Shown: positions 30,307-38,404 of the stretch, in pieces
Numbering within the stretch: position 1 is the stretch's first letter
How the letters are laid out: each line of letters opens with the position of its first letter
Assembly: GCA_023269615.1 (NCBI GenBank)
Contig: JAHFSY010000008.1
Span: forward strand, 68,052-132,051
Origin: Verrucomicrobiota bacterium
GTDB lineage: Bacteria; Verrucomicrobiota; Verrucomicrobiia; JABWAM01
DNA: 64,000 bases
Direction of reading: 5' to 3'
Notes under the pieces: model-generated
Told to the model about the DNA's origin: nothing
Database searches by the model: none
What the model saw: the letters and a program-made list of their open reading frames with translations, nothing else
Program-made: the position numbers and the translations under genes

Positions 30307-31209
30307 CTACATGTTCCGCAACCGAACCAGCCTCTCCGCGTTGCGATGGTAAATCTTCTCAACGACCTCCGACGGGAGGTCGAGCGTTTTCATGAAATCG
30401 TGCAGATCCTGCCCGTAATAATCCCGCGCGAAAAACAGGCGGTCCTGGTAACGCTTCAAAAATTCCACCGCATGAACGGGGTCTCTTTTCAATGCCGCCA
30501 ATCCCGACCCCGCCGAAAGGTCGGCGTATAAATTGGGACTCCTGTCGAGCAAGTCGTAAAGCCTCCCCCTTCCCTTGATCGGGCCAGACGGATACATCAC
30601 CGGATGATCCGCCGCATCGCCGCTGATTTCCCTCCAAAAGCCCGGCGCGTGACCGATGAAAATCGTTTCGGGACACGCCTTCAACGCGCGCTCCAGGTTT
30701 TCCGCCGTGCCACCGTACCAGTCGGGTTGATACACGCTTTTTCCATCGATCCGCAGGTAGGGAACATCCAGATGCAGCACGACCGGCAACTTCAACTCTC
30801 CGGCCACGCGAAACAGCTCCAGCGATCGCGGATCATCAAACGGGATTCGAAATTTCCATTCGCCGCACACGCGCACATCGTGGGTCTTCACCGCCTCGCG
30901 CAACATCGCGGGCGCGCTCGGGTTGGCGGGATGCGGACAATATCCCACCACAAATCGATCCGGATAATGCTGGCGCGCCAGAAGCAGGTCCCGCAACAAA
31001 ATCCCCGCATGCGTCCCGTCCTCGCGCATATTCAGCGGGTTGAGACACTTGTGGTAGACCTCGTTGTCCTCGCAACGCGGAATCTCCCAGCTCAAGAGCC
31101 ACGCGTACTCGATCCCGTGCGCGTCCATGTCCGCAATGAGACCCTTGTCATCCCTCCCATGCCAGAACACATGCTGGTGCGTGTCAATGATGCGCGATGG
31201 TTTGATCAT
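30307..31209 (-). CDS. amidohydrolase-family metal-dependent hydrolase (TIM barrel)
   Basis: DTHQHVF metal-binding HxH at the N-terminus and a later HxxxHLD...D pattern. The ORF extension to 31302 crosses a repeat element and is judged non-coding. Confidence 0.7.
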   Translation of the reverse strand: MIKPSRIIDTHQHVFWHGRDDKGLIADMDAHGIEYAWLLSWEIPRCEDNEVYHKCLNPLNMREDGTHAGILLRDLLLARQHYPDRFVVGYCPHPANPSAPAMLREAVKTHDVRVCGEWKFRIPFDDPRSLELFRVAGELKLPVVLHLDVPYLRIDGKSVYQPDWYGGTAENLERALKACPETIFIGHAPGFWREISGDAADHPVMYPSGPIKGRGRLYDLLDRSPNLYADLSAGSGLAALKRDPVHAVEFLKRYQDRLFFARDYYGQDLHDFMKTLDLPSEVVEKIYHRNAERLVRLRNM

Positions 31210-31228
31210 GATGAGAAAGCCGATTTTC

Positions 31229-31342
31229 GCCACGGATGGAACAGGGATGAAACACGGATTTCGTTCCGCCACGGCGGGAGTGCGACCCATTGATGAGAAC
31301 AAGGGATTCCGTATCCGTGTTTCATCCGTGTCAATCCGTGGC
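31229..31342. repeat. MITE-like element with inverted terminal copies of GCCACGGATGGAACAGGGATGAAACACGGAT
   Basis: Terminal copies at 31229-31259 (+) and 31311-31342 (inverted) flank a 51-bp spacer that contains CCGCCACGGCGG. Confidence 0.55.
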
Positions 31343-31356
31343 TGAATCCCATTTCT

Positions 31357-32610
31357 TCATTCCCTTGAAAAATGTCCGGCGACCTTGCGGATGGCCTCCG
31401 CAGTGCCGTCGATCCATTTTTCATCCATCGCCTCGTTGAACGGCATGAGCACGCAGTTGGCAATGATTTCCTCCGTCCGCGCGCATGATACCTTGGTGTA
31501 ATCCATCGAGGTAAGCCCCATCTCCCGGATCGGCCAGCGACCCGCGAAGAAGTTCTGCTTCTGGAAGATCGGATACTTGTAAAGCGGCATCGCGATGTAA
31601 CCCTCGCTGCAAGGAACACCCTCCGCCTTCAACGCCTCCACAAATTCCTTGCGGCTGCATGACAACGCACGGAAATCCGGATGCAGGATGTAAAACCAGA
31701 AACTGCAACGGTTTCCTTCATTCACTTCGTGCGGATGAATTCCGTGGATATCCTCCAGCCTGGACGTAAGCCGAAACCCCATGGCGGAGCGCTTCTCCAC
31801 GATCCCCTCCAAGCGCGTCAACTGCGCCGCCGCCACAGCCGACTGCGGTTCGGTAATGCGATAGTTCGGCGCGAGAAATTCCGGCGTCCTCGTCCCGCCC
31901 ACGCGGTCATACGCCTTGTCACCGAACTTCTGGAGCACCGGCCCAAAACGCCCGTCGTTCGACGCCACGATCCCGCCGTCACCGCACCCGATGTGCTTGA
32001 AATCGTTCAGCGAAAAACAGGCGATGTCCCCGACGGTCCCCAACGGTTTCCCGCGAAACTTCGCGCCCCATGCCTGCGCGCAATCCTCGATCAGCACCAG
32101 CTTGTGCCGGTCCGCCAGGTCGCGGAGTTCATCGATACGGCATGGGTTTCCCATCAGATGAACGGCGATGATCGCCTTCGTTCGCGGCGTGATTTTTTTC
32201 TGAACATCCGACGGGTCCGGATTGCACGTGTACCTCTCGAGGTCGGCAAAGACCGGCACGCCCTGCTGGTAAAGAATCCCGATCACCGTCCCCATGTCCG
32301 TGATCGCCGTGGTAATTACTTCATCCCCGGGACCGATTCCCGCCGCCGCCACCGCGATGTGCAACGCCGCCGTCCCGGAGGAACAGGGCATCACATGCTT
32401 CAAAGGATAAAGTTTCTGGAAGCGCTCCACCAACAGCCGGGTCTGCGGCCCGTTCCAGTAAAACAACGACTTCTGTTCCAGCATCTCATCCAGCTGGCGC
32501 TTTTCGATGCCACCCCATCGAACGGGCTGTGGAAATGGCTGCGTGATCGCGGGTTTGCCGCCCCGAATGGCGAGGCCCTCCTTCTTCTTCGCTGCGATGG
32601 TGGCGCTCAT
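31357..32610 (-). CDS. DegT/DnrJ/EryC1/StrS-family PLP-dependent sugar aminotransferase
   Basis: Family fold with AAL..., the DE..A motif and a C-terminal region. Start chosen at MSATIAAKKKEG; the ORF extends to 32874. Confidence 0.8.
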   Translation of the reverse strand: MSATIAAKKKEGLAIRGGKPAITQPFPQPVRWGGIEKRQLDEMLEQKSLFYWNGPQTRLLVERFQKLYPLKHVMPCSSGTAALHIAVAAAGIGPGDEVITTAITDMGTVIGILYQQGVPVFADLERYTCNPDPSDVQKKITPRTKAIIAVHLMGNPCRIDELRDLADRHKLVLIEDCAQAWGAKFRGKPLGTVGDIACFSLNDFKHIGCGDGGIVASNDGRFGPVLQKFGDKAYDRVGGTRTPEFLAPNYRITEPQSAVAAAQLTRLEGIVEKRSAMGFRLTSRLEDIHGIHPHEVNEGNRCSFWFYILHPDFRALSCSRKEFVEALKAEGVPCSEGYIAMPLYKYPIFQKQNFFAGRWPIREMGLTSMDYTKVSCARTEEIIANCVLMPFNEAMDEKWIDGTAEAIRKVAGHFSRE

Positions 32611-32615
32611 GATTT

Positions 32616-33884
32616 TTATCCGAGCAATTCCCCATGCACGCGCCGAACCATGGCCGCCATGTAATCCCCATCCTCCTCCGAATACAGAACCCCGATCGGC
32701 ATGGCGAGGAAACGGCAGATCAATCCCTCGGTCCTTGGAAAATCCTCCTTGCGATAGCCCTTTGCCGGCCACTCCTTGAATGACGCGAACGGTGACGCCG
32801 AGGGCGAGGAGGCCTGGCGCTGAACACAATACTCGCGTCCGTAGTGGCAGTAGGTTCCCGTCGTCTTTTCGCAATTCACGTTGAGGGCGTTCAGCCGCGC
32901 ACCAAACTTCGCCGCCAATTCGGATGTCTCCAGGTACAAATACACCTCGATCCCGGAATCACCTTCCGGATCGGGAATGTGCCGGTATCCGATTCCTTTC
33001 AACTTCCCCATCCCTCTCCGGACACGATCCTGCACGCTTCGGCAATGTGCGCGCACACGATCAAGCCTTCTCAACTGCGCCAGCGCGACGGCCGCTGACA
33101 GCTCCGTCATGCGAAACTGGCTTCCGGAAAAGGACGGAACCTGCGGGGGAACGATCTGTGAATGATAAACTCTCATCTGTCCGATGTCGTGCATCCGCAC
33201 CGCGCGCTCGTACAACACGGGATCATTCATTACCACCATCCCGCCCTCGCCGCTCGTCATCGTTTTCTGGTATTGAAAACTGTACGTGCCGATGTCCCCC
33301 ATCGAGCCCACGCGACGACCGCGATAAATCACCCCCGGACTTTCCGCGCAATCCTCGATCACCCGGATCCCCGCCTTGCGCGCCTCGGCAAGGATCGCAT
33401 CCATGTCCGCCGCGACGCCCTGATAATGCACCACCATCACCGCTTTCGTCCGCGAAGTCTTCAACCGCGCGATCTCTCCCGGTGCGAGGCAGAAGGTTTC
33501 GTCAATCTCCGCGAGCACAGGCAGGGCGCCCATTCGCACCACTGCCGTAAAACACGAAATCCAGCTCCACGCAGGCACGATCACCTCGTCGCCCGGCCCG
33601 ATCCCCAATGCGCCGAGAGCCACTTCGAGGGCAGCCGTCCCGCTCGTCACCGCCAGTGCATACTTCGTCCCCATCATCGCGGCAAATTCGTTTTCGAGCG
33701 TCGCCGCCATCGCCGGCGGATTTTTCGGATCGCGCCCGTAATAACGAAATAGCTCCTTGCGCTTCAGGACATCCATCACGAGTTCCTCCTCCTCGCGCCC
33801 GATCCAGACCGCGCCCAAGCCGGGACGCGGCCGCGCGCGAAGCGTGACAGAAGGAGAGACGGCCGGTTCAGAAACAGCGCTCAT
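32616..33884 (-). CDS. DegT/DnrJ/EryC1/StrS-family PLP-dependent aminotransferase (second copy)
   Basis: TSGTAALE and VIEDCAE motifs. It is adjacent (5 bp gap) to the previous gene. Confidence 0.8.
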   Translation of the reverse strand: MSAVSEPAVSPSVTLRARPRPGLGAVWIGREEEELVMDVLKRKELFRYYGRDPKNPPAMAATLENEFAAMMGTKYALAVTSGTAALEVALGALGIGPGDEVIVPAWSWISCFTAVVRMGALPVLAEIDETFCLAPGEIARLKTSRTKAVMVVHYQGVAADMDAILAEARKAGIRVIEDCAESPGVIYRGRRVGSMGDIGTYSFQYQKTMTSGEGGMVVMNDPVLYERAVRMHDIGQMRVYHSQIVPPQVPSFSGSQFRMTELSAAVALAQLRRLDRVRAHCRSVQDRVRRGMGKLKGIGYRHIPDPEGDSGIEVYLYLETSELAAKFGARLNALNVNCEKTTGTYCHYGREYCVQRQASSPSASPFASFKEWPAKGYRKEDFPRTEGLICRFLAMPIGVLYSEEDGDYMAAMVRRVHGELLG

Positions 33885-33950
33885 CGAGGGATGTAGGATT
33901 TCATATCGGAAGTACGGATTGCAACAACGAAGCAAGGCTGCGTCACACTT

Positions 33951-34799
33951 TCATCTCCCCTTCGCAGATGCATACTCCTCCGGCTTTACGCTCTCTCCAA
34001 AAAGCGCCTTCGCGCAGCCGTCCATGTCGAACTTGAACATCGCCTGCGTCGCGAGATCCACGTCAATGTCGGCCACCACGAGCTGCTCCTTTTTCAGTTC
34101 CGCTTGCGCGTGAACCTGGCCGTCGGGGGCGATGATCATCGAGCGGCAGTTTTGATGCTGCTCCTGGCAGATGTTGCATGACGCAAACCAGATCGTGTTC
34201 TCCGCCGCGCGCGTCGTGATCATCGCGTGGTGAACGGGAATCTTCCAGTCATTCGGACGCGTGGTGTTGTTCTGCGGGTGGAACACGAGCTGCGCGCCCT
34301 GGCGCACGCATTCGCGCGTGGACTCGGGGAAGCGGAATCCCTCGAAACAAATCACCACGCCCACCTTCACGCCGAAGAGATCGAATGTCTCGATGGTTTT
34401 GCCGGGCGTGTATCCCACGGCGTCGAGCGGCGTGAGCTTCGTCTTGTGATGCACGCCCAGGAATTTTCCCCCGGGTGAAATCACCAGCGCGGAATTGTAG
34501 GGCTTTCCCTTCACCGGATTGGATTCAATGGGGACCTCAGTGCCGAGGATGCAGGCCATCTTGTGTTGTCGACAACGCTCCGCGACCTTGCTGTGAAGCT
34601 CGTCGAGCTTCTTCACCTGGACCGGAATGTCGGGGAGCGCGATGTCCACGCGATATCCCTGCGTCTGCGTCTCGGGAAAGCAAAGGATCTGCACGCCCTG
34701 CGCGGCGGCTTCATCCATGTGACGGAAAATGATCTCCGCGTTTTTCTCGATCGAGTCGGTTTGTTTCGTCTGGGCGAGTGCGATTTTGAGTTTTTTCAT
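33951..34799 (-). CDS. carbon-nitrogen hydrolase (nitrilase superfamily)
   Basis: Catalytic Glu (LCFPE), Lys (HHKTKL) and Cys (VVICFEG) triad in the canonical order. Confidence 0.8.
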   Translation of the reverse strand: MKKLKIALAQTKQTDSIEKNAEIIFRHMDEAAAQGVQILCFPETQTQGYRVDIALPDIPVQVKKLDELHSKVAERCRQHKMACILGTEVPIESNPVKGKPYNSALVISPGGKFLGVHHKTKLTPLDAVGYTPGKTIETFDLFGVKVGVVICFEGFRFPESTRECVRQGAQLVFHPQNNTTRPNDWKIPVHHAMITTRAAENTIWFASCNICQEQHQNCRSMIIAPDGQVHAQAELKKEQLVVADIDVDLATQAMFKFDMDGCAKALFGESVKPEEYASAKGR

Positions 34800-35014
34800 C
34801 GGAAGGGCAAGTTAGCCGCAAAAGAACGCAAGGAGCACGACGAAATCAGCAGAAGCCGGCATGCGTCCAATTGTTTGAGGAAATCAAGGCAGGATGTCCA
34901 TCGAAGATCATCAAAAATCAACGTAGATGAATTCCGAGTGATGACCGCCTGAGAAAAGCACGACCAGGAGGATCACAAGAAAGAGCACCAGCCCCCATGC
35001 CAGGTTTCGCCAGT

Positions 35015-36181
35015 TCATCGCAGGCCTCCCATTTTCGAAAGCGCCACAAACGCCGCCTGCAACGAGGGCGCGGCGAAGAAGACCCAGCCGACGCACACAA
35101 AGAGAAAGGTTGCCACGCGCGACAATCCATCCCAAACCATCGCACCCGGCCATGGCGCGCGCCCCCCTCGCCACGTGCGGAAGGCATGCCACGCCACCAG
35201 CCCGGCACCATGCCATAATCCCCACGCAACGAAATTCAATCCCGCGCCATGCCACAGGCCGCACACCGCCATCACGAACGCGAGATTGAAAATCACGCGT
35301 CCCCGAGAGGTCCGGCTTCCGCCCAGTGGAATGAAAAGATAATCACGGATCCAGCTGCTCAACGACATGTGCCAGTTCCGCCAGAACTCGGAGATGTTCC
35401 GGCGCCCGTACGGAAAATTGAAATTCTCCGGCAGCCGGTAACCCAGCAACAAGCCGCACCCGATCGCGATGTCCGAATACCCCGAGAAATCAAACAGGAT
35501 CTGCACCGCGTACGCAAATGTCGCCTTCCACAAATCTCCCGCGCTCGCCGCGGCCGGGTCGGCGAGCGCCTTCGCGAGAAGCGCAAATGTGTCGGCCAGC
35601 ACCAACTTCTTGAACAATCCCTGCGCGATCCGCCATCCAGCCTCGGTCCAGGGCACATCCCCCGCCGCCAACGCCTGCTGCCGTTGCGCCTCGAAAAACT
35701 GCCAGCGTTTGATCGGCCCGCTCACCATCGAGGGAAAAAAGAAAATGAATGTCATGTACGGCCCCAGCCGTCCCGCCGCCGCGCGCCCCATCCGCACGTC
35801 CACGAGATAATGAACAAACTCAAACGTAAAAAATGAAATCCCCAACGGCACCAACCCCATCGGAATTTTTTTTGAATACGCCGCCTCCCAATCCCCCCCG
35901 GCCATCGCGCCAAAAAAATGACGGTACTTGAACCACGCCAGCACACCGACGCAACCTGCCAGCGCCACCATCCACCGGCCCCGCCCCGCCTCGCGCGCAG
36001 CCCACCACGTCAACAAAGTCACCGCCAGCAACAGTGGCAGAAAGGGCGGATAGGCGTAGCCGAAAAAAAAGACCCCGCTCGCCGCGAGAAATCCCTGGCG
36101 CCATCGTCCCGACGGCGAAATCCAGAACCCGGCGCACACCAGGCACATGAACAAGGCAAAACTCCACGTATTGAAGATCAT
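35015..36181 (-). CDS. MBOAT-family membrane-bound O-acyltransferase (AlgI/DltB/PatA-like)
   Basis: Multi-TM protein with the conserved His region (WRNWHMSLSSWIRDYLFIPLGG). Its start overlaps the stop of the SGNH gene (ATGA). Confidence 0.8.
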   Translation of the reverse strand: MIFNTWSFALFMCLVCAGFWISPSGRWRQGFLAASGVFFFGYAYPPFLPLLLAVTLLTWWAAREAGRGRWMVALAGCVGVLAWFKYRHFFGAMAGGDWEAAYSKKIPMGLVPLGISFFTFEFVHYLVDVRMGRAAAGRLGPYMTFIFFFPSMVSGPIKRWQFFEAQRQQALAAGDVPWTEAGWRIAQGLFKKLVLADTFALLAKALADPAAASAGDLWKATFAYAVQILFDFSGYSDIAIGCGLLLGYRLPENFNFPYGRRNISEFWRNWHMSLSSWIRDYLFIPLGGSRTSRGRVIFNLAFVMAVCGLWHGAGLNFVAWGLWHGAGLVAWHAFRTWRGGRAPWPGAMVWDGLSRVATFLFVCVGWVFFAAPSLQAAFVALSKMGGLR

Positions 36182-37473
36182 TGTTTCCCCTCCTTGTCCA
36201 CCCAACCCAACTCCCGGATCTTTCGCTCCATCAGCGGCATCATCACATCCGCCATCCGACGGTGCCCCTCGTCGGTCAAATGCAGGTTGTCGTAAAACAG
36301 GGAGGAATCCAGCGCACCGAAAAGGTTCTCGAAATCTGACGTCCGCTGCTTCGTCCAAGCCACCTCCTGCGCCACCACCGTCTTATATTCGGATTCCTTC
36401 ATCGCAGTCTTCAGCAGCAACGGATTGACGGGACAAAGATAAACAAGCGACTGCGCCCCGCCTCTCGCTTTCACGTCCGCAAGCAACCGCTCGAGACAAA
36501 TGTGGTCCGTGGAACCGGTCTCGATCCGAAATGGATGCTCGCGACGGAATCTTTCGAAGCGCGCCTTGTCCCACAATTCCGGCCTCCACGTCTCGGAACG
36601 CGATTTGCGCGTCAGCCATTCCGCCCATACATCCGGCATCCATGAAGCCTGACGAAACCGGTCCCGTGAAACCAGCGTCCCGCCCGCATCCGTGCCGCCG
36701 AAAAGAAACATGTTCATCCGCTCGCGATAGCGGATCATCGGAATCCAGCGCTCCGCCACGCGCGACAATTGCTCCTCGTTCTCCCCTCGCCATTTCATCC
36801 ATCCGGACTGCGTCTGCTCATTTAAAGGTAGGGCGCGACCGCCGGGCGCGCCGCTGCGCAACGGACGGCCCGGCGGTCCGTCCCTACCTCGAACGGATGA
36901 TTCCCCGGACACGCTCGCGCATTTCTCCAACCACGACGTCTCGGCAAGCGGCCCATCCGTCCCATGGGCCCATTCATCCGGGCGAATCTGCAAAATCACC
37001 AGCGCACCAGACGGCAGATCAAGCTGGCGCAACAACGCCAGCTTTTCCGGCGCATTGGCCCCGGCCACGGAAAAATTGTCCACCGCGATGTCGTCCGACG
37101 GAAACCGTTCCCGCAGTTTCTTCTCAAGCAGCGCGCAAAATGTTTTGGAAGCCGGCGTGCGCCCGCCAAAACTCACGGAATCGCCGATCCACACGATGTG
37201 ATGCCCCCTGTCCAGACGCCTCCAGGCGCGAAACGCATTCCAGCTTCGTTCATCCGAAATCCCAAAGGCACGGTCCATGGTACGAAGATGCGGATTCAAC
37301 CGCGAAAAAAAATCATCGCCACAAAGCGCCAGCCAGGCATTGAGCAGGACGACAAACAGAAGGGCCCACAACCAGACGGCACGGCGCAAAAAGGGCGCGG
37401 CGCGCCATCGCGCCTCGGCAGGCCGCGCCACCGCAAAATCAGTTTCGGGAAGAGGCTGGCTCATGGTTTCCAT
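36178..37473 (-). CDS. SGNH-hydrolase-type partner of the MBOAT (AlgJ/DltD/PatB-like), carrying an in-frame repeat insertion
   Basis: N-terminal TM anchor, IVWIGDSVSFGG block I, and a C-terminal DNLHLTDEGH block. Residues 194-214 are encoded by the palindromic repeat 36828..36915. Confidence 0.6.
   Translation of the reverse strand: METMSQPLPETDFAVARPAEARWRAAPFLRRAVWLWALLFVVLLNAWLALCGDDFFSRLNPHLRTMDRAFGISDERSWNAFRAWRRLDRGHHIVWIGDSVSFGGRTPASKTFCALLEKKLRERFPSDDIAVDNFSVAGANAPEKLALLRQLDLPSGALVILQIRPDEWAHGTDGPLAETSWLEKCASVSGESSVRGRDGPPGRPLRSGAPGGRALPLNEQTQSGWMKWRGENEEQLSRVAERWIPMIRYRERMNMFLFGGTDAGGTLVSRDRFRQASWMPDVWAEWLTRKSRSETWRPELWDKARFERFRREHPFRIETGSTDHICLERLLADVKARGGAQSLVYLCPVNPLLLKTAMKESEYKTVVAQEVAWTKQRTSDFENLFGALDSSLFYDNLHLTDEGHRRMADVMMPLMERKIRELGWVDKEGKQ
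36828..36915. repeat. GC-rich palindromic repeat, family GGTAGGG...CCCTACC, copy B (inside a CDS, in frame)
   Basis: GGTAGGGCGCGACCGCCGGGCGCGCCGCTGCGCAACGGACGGCCCGGCGGTCCGTCCCTACC plus a shared 3' flank. It matches 15332..15419. Confidence 0.7.
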
Positions 37474-37547
37474 TCCAGATTCCCCTCATCCGAATCCCAT
37501 TTCACCGGATTGTCGAGGATGTACTGGCAGACATGTGCGGGAAACGC

Positions 37548-38132
37548 CTACTTGCTGCCGGGCTTGATGGCCGGGGTGGACTTCAAATCTTCGGGGACCT
37601 GGTCGGCGGGGAATGTTTCCACCTGCATTTTCACCAATGCGTGAAACGGAACGCCGAAATCCACCGGTGTCGTCGAACGATCCACAATCACAGCCACCGC
37701 GCTTACGATTCCTCCATGCGCGCGCACGATCTCGATGGTTTCCTTCACCCGTCCGCCCTGCGTCACCACATCCTCCGCGACGAGAAAGCGCTCCCCTTTT
37801 CCAATCTGGAATCCGCGGCGCAGGACCAGTTTGCCCTCCTCCTTCTCGACAAAGATGTGGCGTTTGCCGAGGGAGCGCGCCACCTCCTGTCCCACAATGA
37901 TGCCGCCCAGCGCGGGTGAAATCACGGAATCCACCTTGGAAGCGTCCACGCGTTTGGCGAGTGCCTCGCACAACCTCGCGGCGACGGTGGCGTGTTGCAG
38001 GACAATGGCGCACTGGAAGAACTGGCGGCTGTGCAGGCCGGAGCGCAGGACGAAATGGCCGTCGAGCAAGGCGCCGGCCCGGCGGAATTCCTGCAGGACA
38101 TCCTCGGCCTTCACTTCACTTCCTCGTACCAC
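37548..38132 (-). CDS. pyrE: orotate phosphoribosyltransferase
   Basis: LLDGHFVLRSGLHS N-terminal motif and PRPP-binding loop (VAEDVVTQGG). Confidence 0.8.
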   Translation of the reverse strand: MVRGSEVKAEDVLQEFRRAGALLDGHFVLRSGLHSRQFFQCAIVLQHATVAARLCEALAKRVDASKVDSVISPALGGIIVGQEVARSLGKRHIFVEKEEGKLVLRRGFQIGKGERFLVAEDVVTQGGRVKETIEIVRAHGGIVSAVAVIVDRSTTPVDFGVPFHALVKMQVETFPADQVPEDLKSTPAIKPGSK

Positions 38133-38314
38133 GCCATCTGGATGGATTCCAGGCGGGCTTCGTTCGACGCATTGGGATCACCGCCAAAATCCGCAAGCTC
38201 GAGGATCATTTTGTGAAGCGTCGGAAAACTGAGCTTCAACGGATCCTGGTCGGGGAACTTGTCCATCAACGCAAACGCAACATCCTCGGCATCATTCCAA
38301 TCAAGCTTGTTCAT
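38111..38314 (-). CDS. IscX/YfhJ-like small acidic protein
   Basis: 67 aa. FPDQDPLKL and FGGDPNASNE segments are collinear with IscX (YPDLDP...FDDDPQASNE). It overlaps pyrE by 22 bp. Confidence 0.55.
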   Translation of the reverse strand: MNKLDWNDAEDVAFALMDKFPDQDPLKLSFPTLHKMILELADFGGDPNASNEARLESIQMAWYEEVK

Positions 38315-38338
38315 GGGGAAATGAGAATAAGAATTTTA

Positions 38339-38368
38339 GCCACAGATGCACACGGATGAAACACGGAT
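38339..38368. repeat. solo copy of the CACGGATGAAACACGGAT motif (GCCACAGATGCACACGGATGAAACACGGAT)
   Basis: It lies 25-54 nt upstream of the iscX-like start codon, in the same orientation as the other copies. Confidence 0.55.
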
Positions 38369-38404
38369 ATTTTTTTATTCCGCGCTCCACGTTCCGCGTT
38401 TCCA

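Noticed and set aside
31681-32664. 327-aa plus-strand ORF
   Set aside because: It is antisense to the DegT aminotransferase and Arg/His-rich.
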